Positions 62,676 to 64,000 of a stretch of 64,000 bases of DNA are shown piece after piece. The notes under the pieces were generated by a model. The model was not told the DNA's origin. It ran no database searches and worked only from the letters and a program-made list of their open reading frames with translations. The stretch's first letter is position 1. Each line of letters starts with the position of its first letter. Source of the DNA: an uncultured Nitrososphaerota archaeon (lineage in GTDB: Archaea > Thermoproteota > Nitrososphaeria > Nitrososphaerales > Nitrosopumilaceae); assembly GCA_963824385.1 (NCBI GenBank), contig CAWGPD010000004.1, forward strand, positions 352,001-416,000, written 5' to 3'. The translations under genes were made by a program, and so were the position numbers.

Positions 62676-63377
62676 ATGAAAGCTGTCATTTTCACTGGTG
62701 GCCTTGGTACAAGACTTCAGCCATATACTACATTTCTTCCAAAAGCAATGCTTCCTCTTGGGGAAAAACCACTATTAGAACATCTAATAGAATGGGTAAA
62801 ACAAGCCGGGATTGATTCATTTGTACTTTGTGTAAGTTATTTGAGAAAAACAATTGAGGATTATTTTGAAGATGGAAGTAGATTTGGTGTAAAAATTGAA
62901 TATGCTGTTGCAAACAGGCCTCTTGCCACAGCTGGTCAACTAAAAACTGCAGAGGACCTCATAGACGACTCATTTGTTTGTCTGTATGGAGATTCTATAT
63001 TTGATTTTAATTTGAAAAGTATGATATCAGACCATCATAGAAAAAAATCATTTGTTACCATGGGGTTATTTGAATATAAAACTAAATTACAATACGGATT
63101 CATAGAGATGGACAAGGCCAACAAAGTAAAAGCATGGCGTGAAAAACCAGAAGTTAAAGGAAATATCAACATAGGATGTTATGTAATGGAGCCAGGAATA
63201 TTCAAGTTCATACCACCCAACAAACCATACGGTATGGATGATGTAATACGCAGTGCCATAACAAAGAAGAACAAGGTAAGTGGTTTTCTCATAAAGAAAG
63301 GATTTCTGGACATTGGAGACAAGAATTCTTACAGACGTGCATACCAGCAGTACATTGCACGATTAGGTCAGATTTAG
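62676..63377 (+). CDS. Sugar-phosphate nucleotidyltransferase
   Basis: GGLGTRLQP.T...PK; ATAG; YGD; EKP; DIG. Confidence 0.9.
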   Translation: MKAVIFTGGLGTRLQPYTTFLPKAMLPLGEKPLLEHLIEWVKQAGIDSFVLCVSYLRKTIEDYFEDGSRFGVKIEYAVANRPLATAGQLKTAEDLIDDSFVCLYGDSIFDFNLKSMISDHHRKKSFVTMGLFEYKTKLQYGFIEMDKANKVKAWREKPEVKGNINIGCYVMEPGIFKFIPPNKPYGMDDVIRSAITKKNKVSGFLIKKGFLDIGDKNSYRRAYQQYIARLGQI

Positions 63378-63385
63378 ACCAAAGT

Positions 63386-63832
63386 ATGTCAACTATCAAG
63401 ATACGCAAATTACAAAGAAGAGATTTGTACAATGGGTTTTTACTTTCACTTGACTCGCTTAGGAAATCAAGCCAGATAAAACCAAAAAAAGCAGGTATCA
63501 TTTTCGACAAGATCTCAAAGAATCCAGATCATGTCATCTATGTTGCAATATACAATGAAGAAGTTATAGGTGCAACAACTCTTTTGATCGAACAAAAATT
63601 CATCCATGATGGAGGCAAAGTAGGTCATATTGAAGATGTAGTAGTAAGAAAAGAATACCAAGACAAAGGAGTAGGGAAAAAAATAGTCAGTGCACTTTTG
63701 AAATATGCCGAGAAAAAAGGCTGTTACAAAACAATTCTTGATTGTTCAGATGATCTTATTCCATTTTATGAAAATCTAGGGTTTAAGCGACATTCAAATT
63801 CATTGAGATTTGATCATCGATCAAAGAAATAA
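63386..63832 (+). CDS. GNAT acetyltransferase, glucosamine-6-phosphate N-acetyltransferase-like
   Basis: EQKFIH.GG.VGHIEDVVV; GCYK.ILDC; FYE..GF. Confidence 0.85.
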   Translation: MSTIKIRKLQRRDLYNGFLLSLDSLRKSSQIKPKKAGIIFDKISKNPDHVIYVAIYNEEVIGATTLLIEQKFIHDGGKVGHIEDVVVRKEYQDKGVGKKIVSALLKYAEKKGCYKTILDCSDDLIPFYENLGFKRHSNSLRFDHRSKK

Positions 63833-64000
63833 TCTCGTTTAGGCATAGGTTTCAATCTAAACAATAATGCACCTATAATCATTACAGGAATTGAAGTTGC
63901 GATGAATACAAAAGGACCTATTGTAAGTTCTGGTACAAGATAGACAACCGGAATTTGTTTTATTAGAATAGTAACATAATACATTCCAATGATTGTAATT
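63814..64000 (-). CDS. Membrane protein, 3' part only
   Basis: Open hydrophobic frame from the window edge to TGA at 63814. Confidence 0.6.
   Translation of the reverse strand, partial: ITIIGMYYVTILIKQIPVVYLVPELTIGPFVFIATSIPVMIIGALLFRLKPMPKRDYFFDR

Overview
AT-rich chromosomal window from an ammonia-oxidising archaeon (Nitrososphaerota/Thaumarchaeota, Nitrosopumilales; Nitrosotalea-like by gene content, which is my inference). Core blocks: cofG/cofH, purM-elp3-lysS, trxB, a Dps-like protein, mqnC/ubiD, the archaeal alternative shikimate/aromatic pathway (aroA', aroB', aroD, aroE, aroK, aroA, aroC, chorismate mutase-aminotransferase, tyrA), thiC and thiDN. There are two accessory regions. The first (~8.0-13.9 kb) holds an HsdS remnant, a cupredoxin/beta-propeller surface protein with perfect 135-bp tandem repeats, a TPR gene, an HTH-CBS regulator and an isolated TerS-like + ATPase-only TerL-like pair with no other viral genes. 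The second (~25-41.5 kb) is a signalling-rich region lying 3' of tRNA-Arg(GCG). It carries a dispersed ~30-60 bp imperfect repeat found four times just downstream of minus-strand genes, several operator-like palindromes, a short S-layer paralog and unannotated Zn-binding microproteins. More than ten genes, including housekeeping ones, carry single-base frameshifts, most likely sequencing/assembly errors. I saw no CRISPR array, rRNA, integrase or transposase. All calls come from reading sequence and motifs by eye; no database searches were run.
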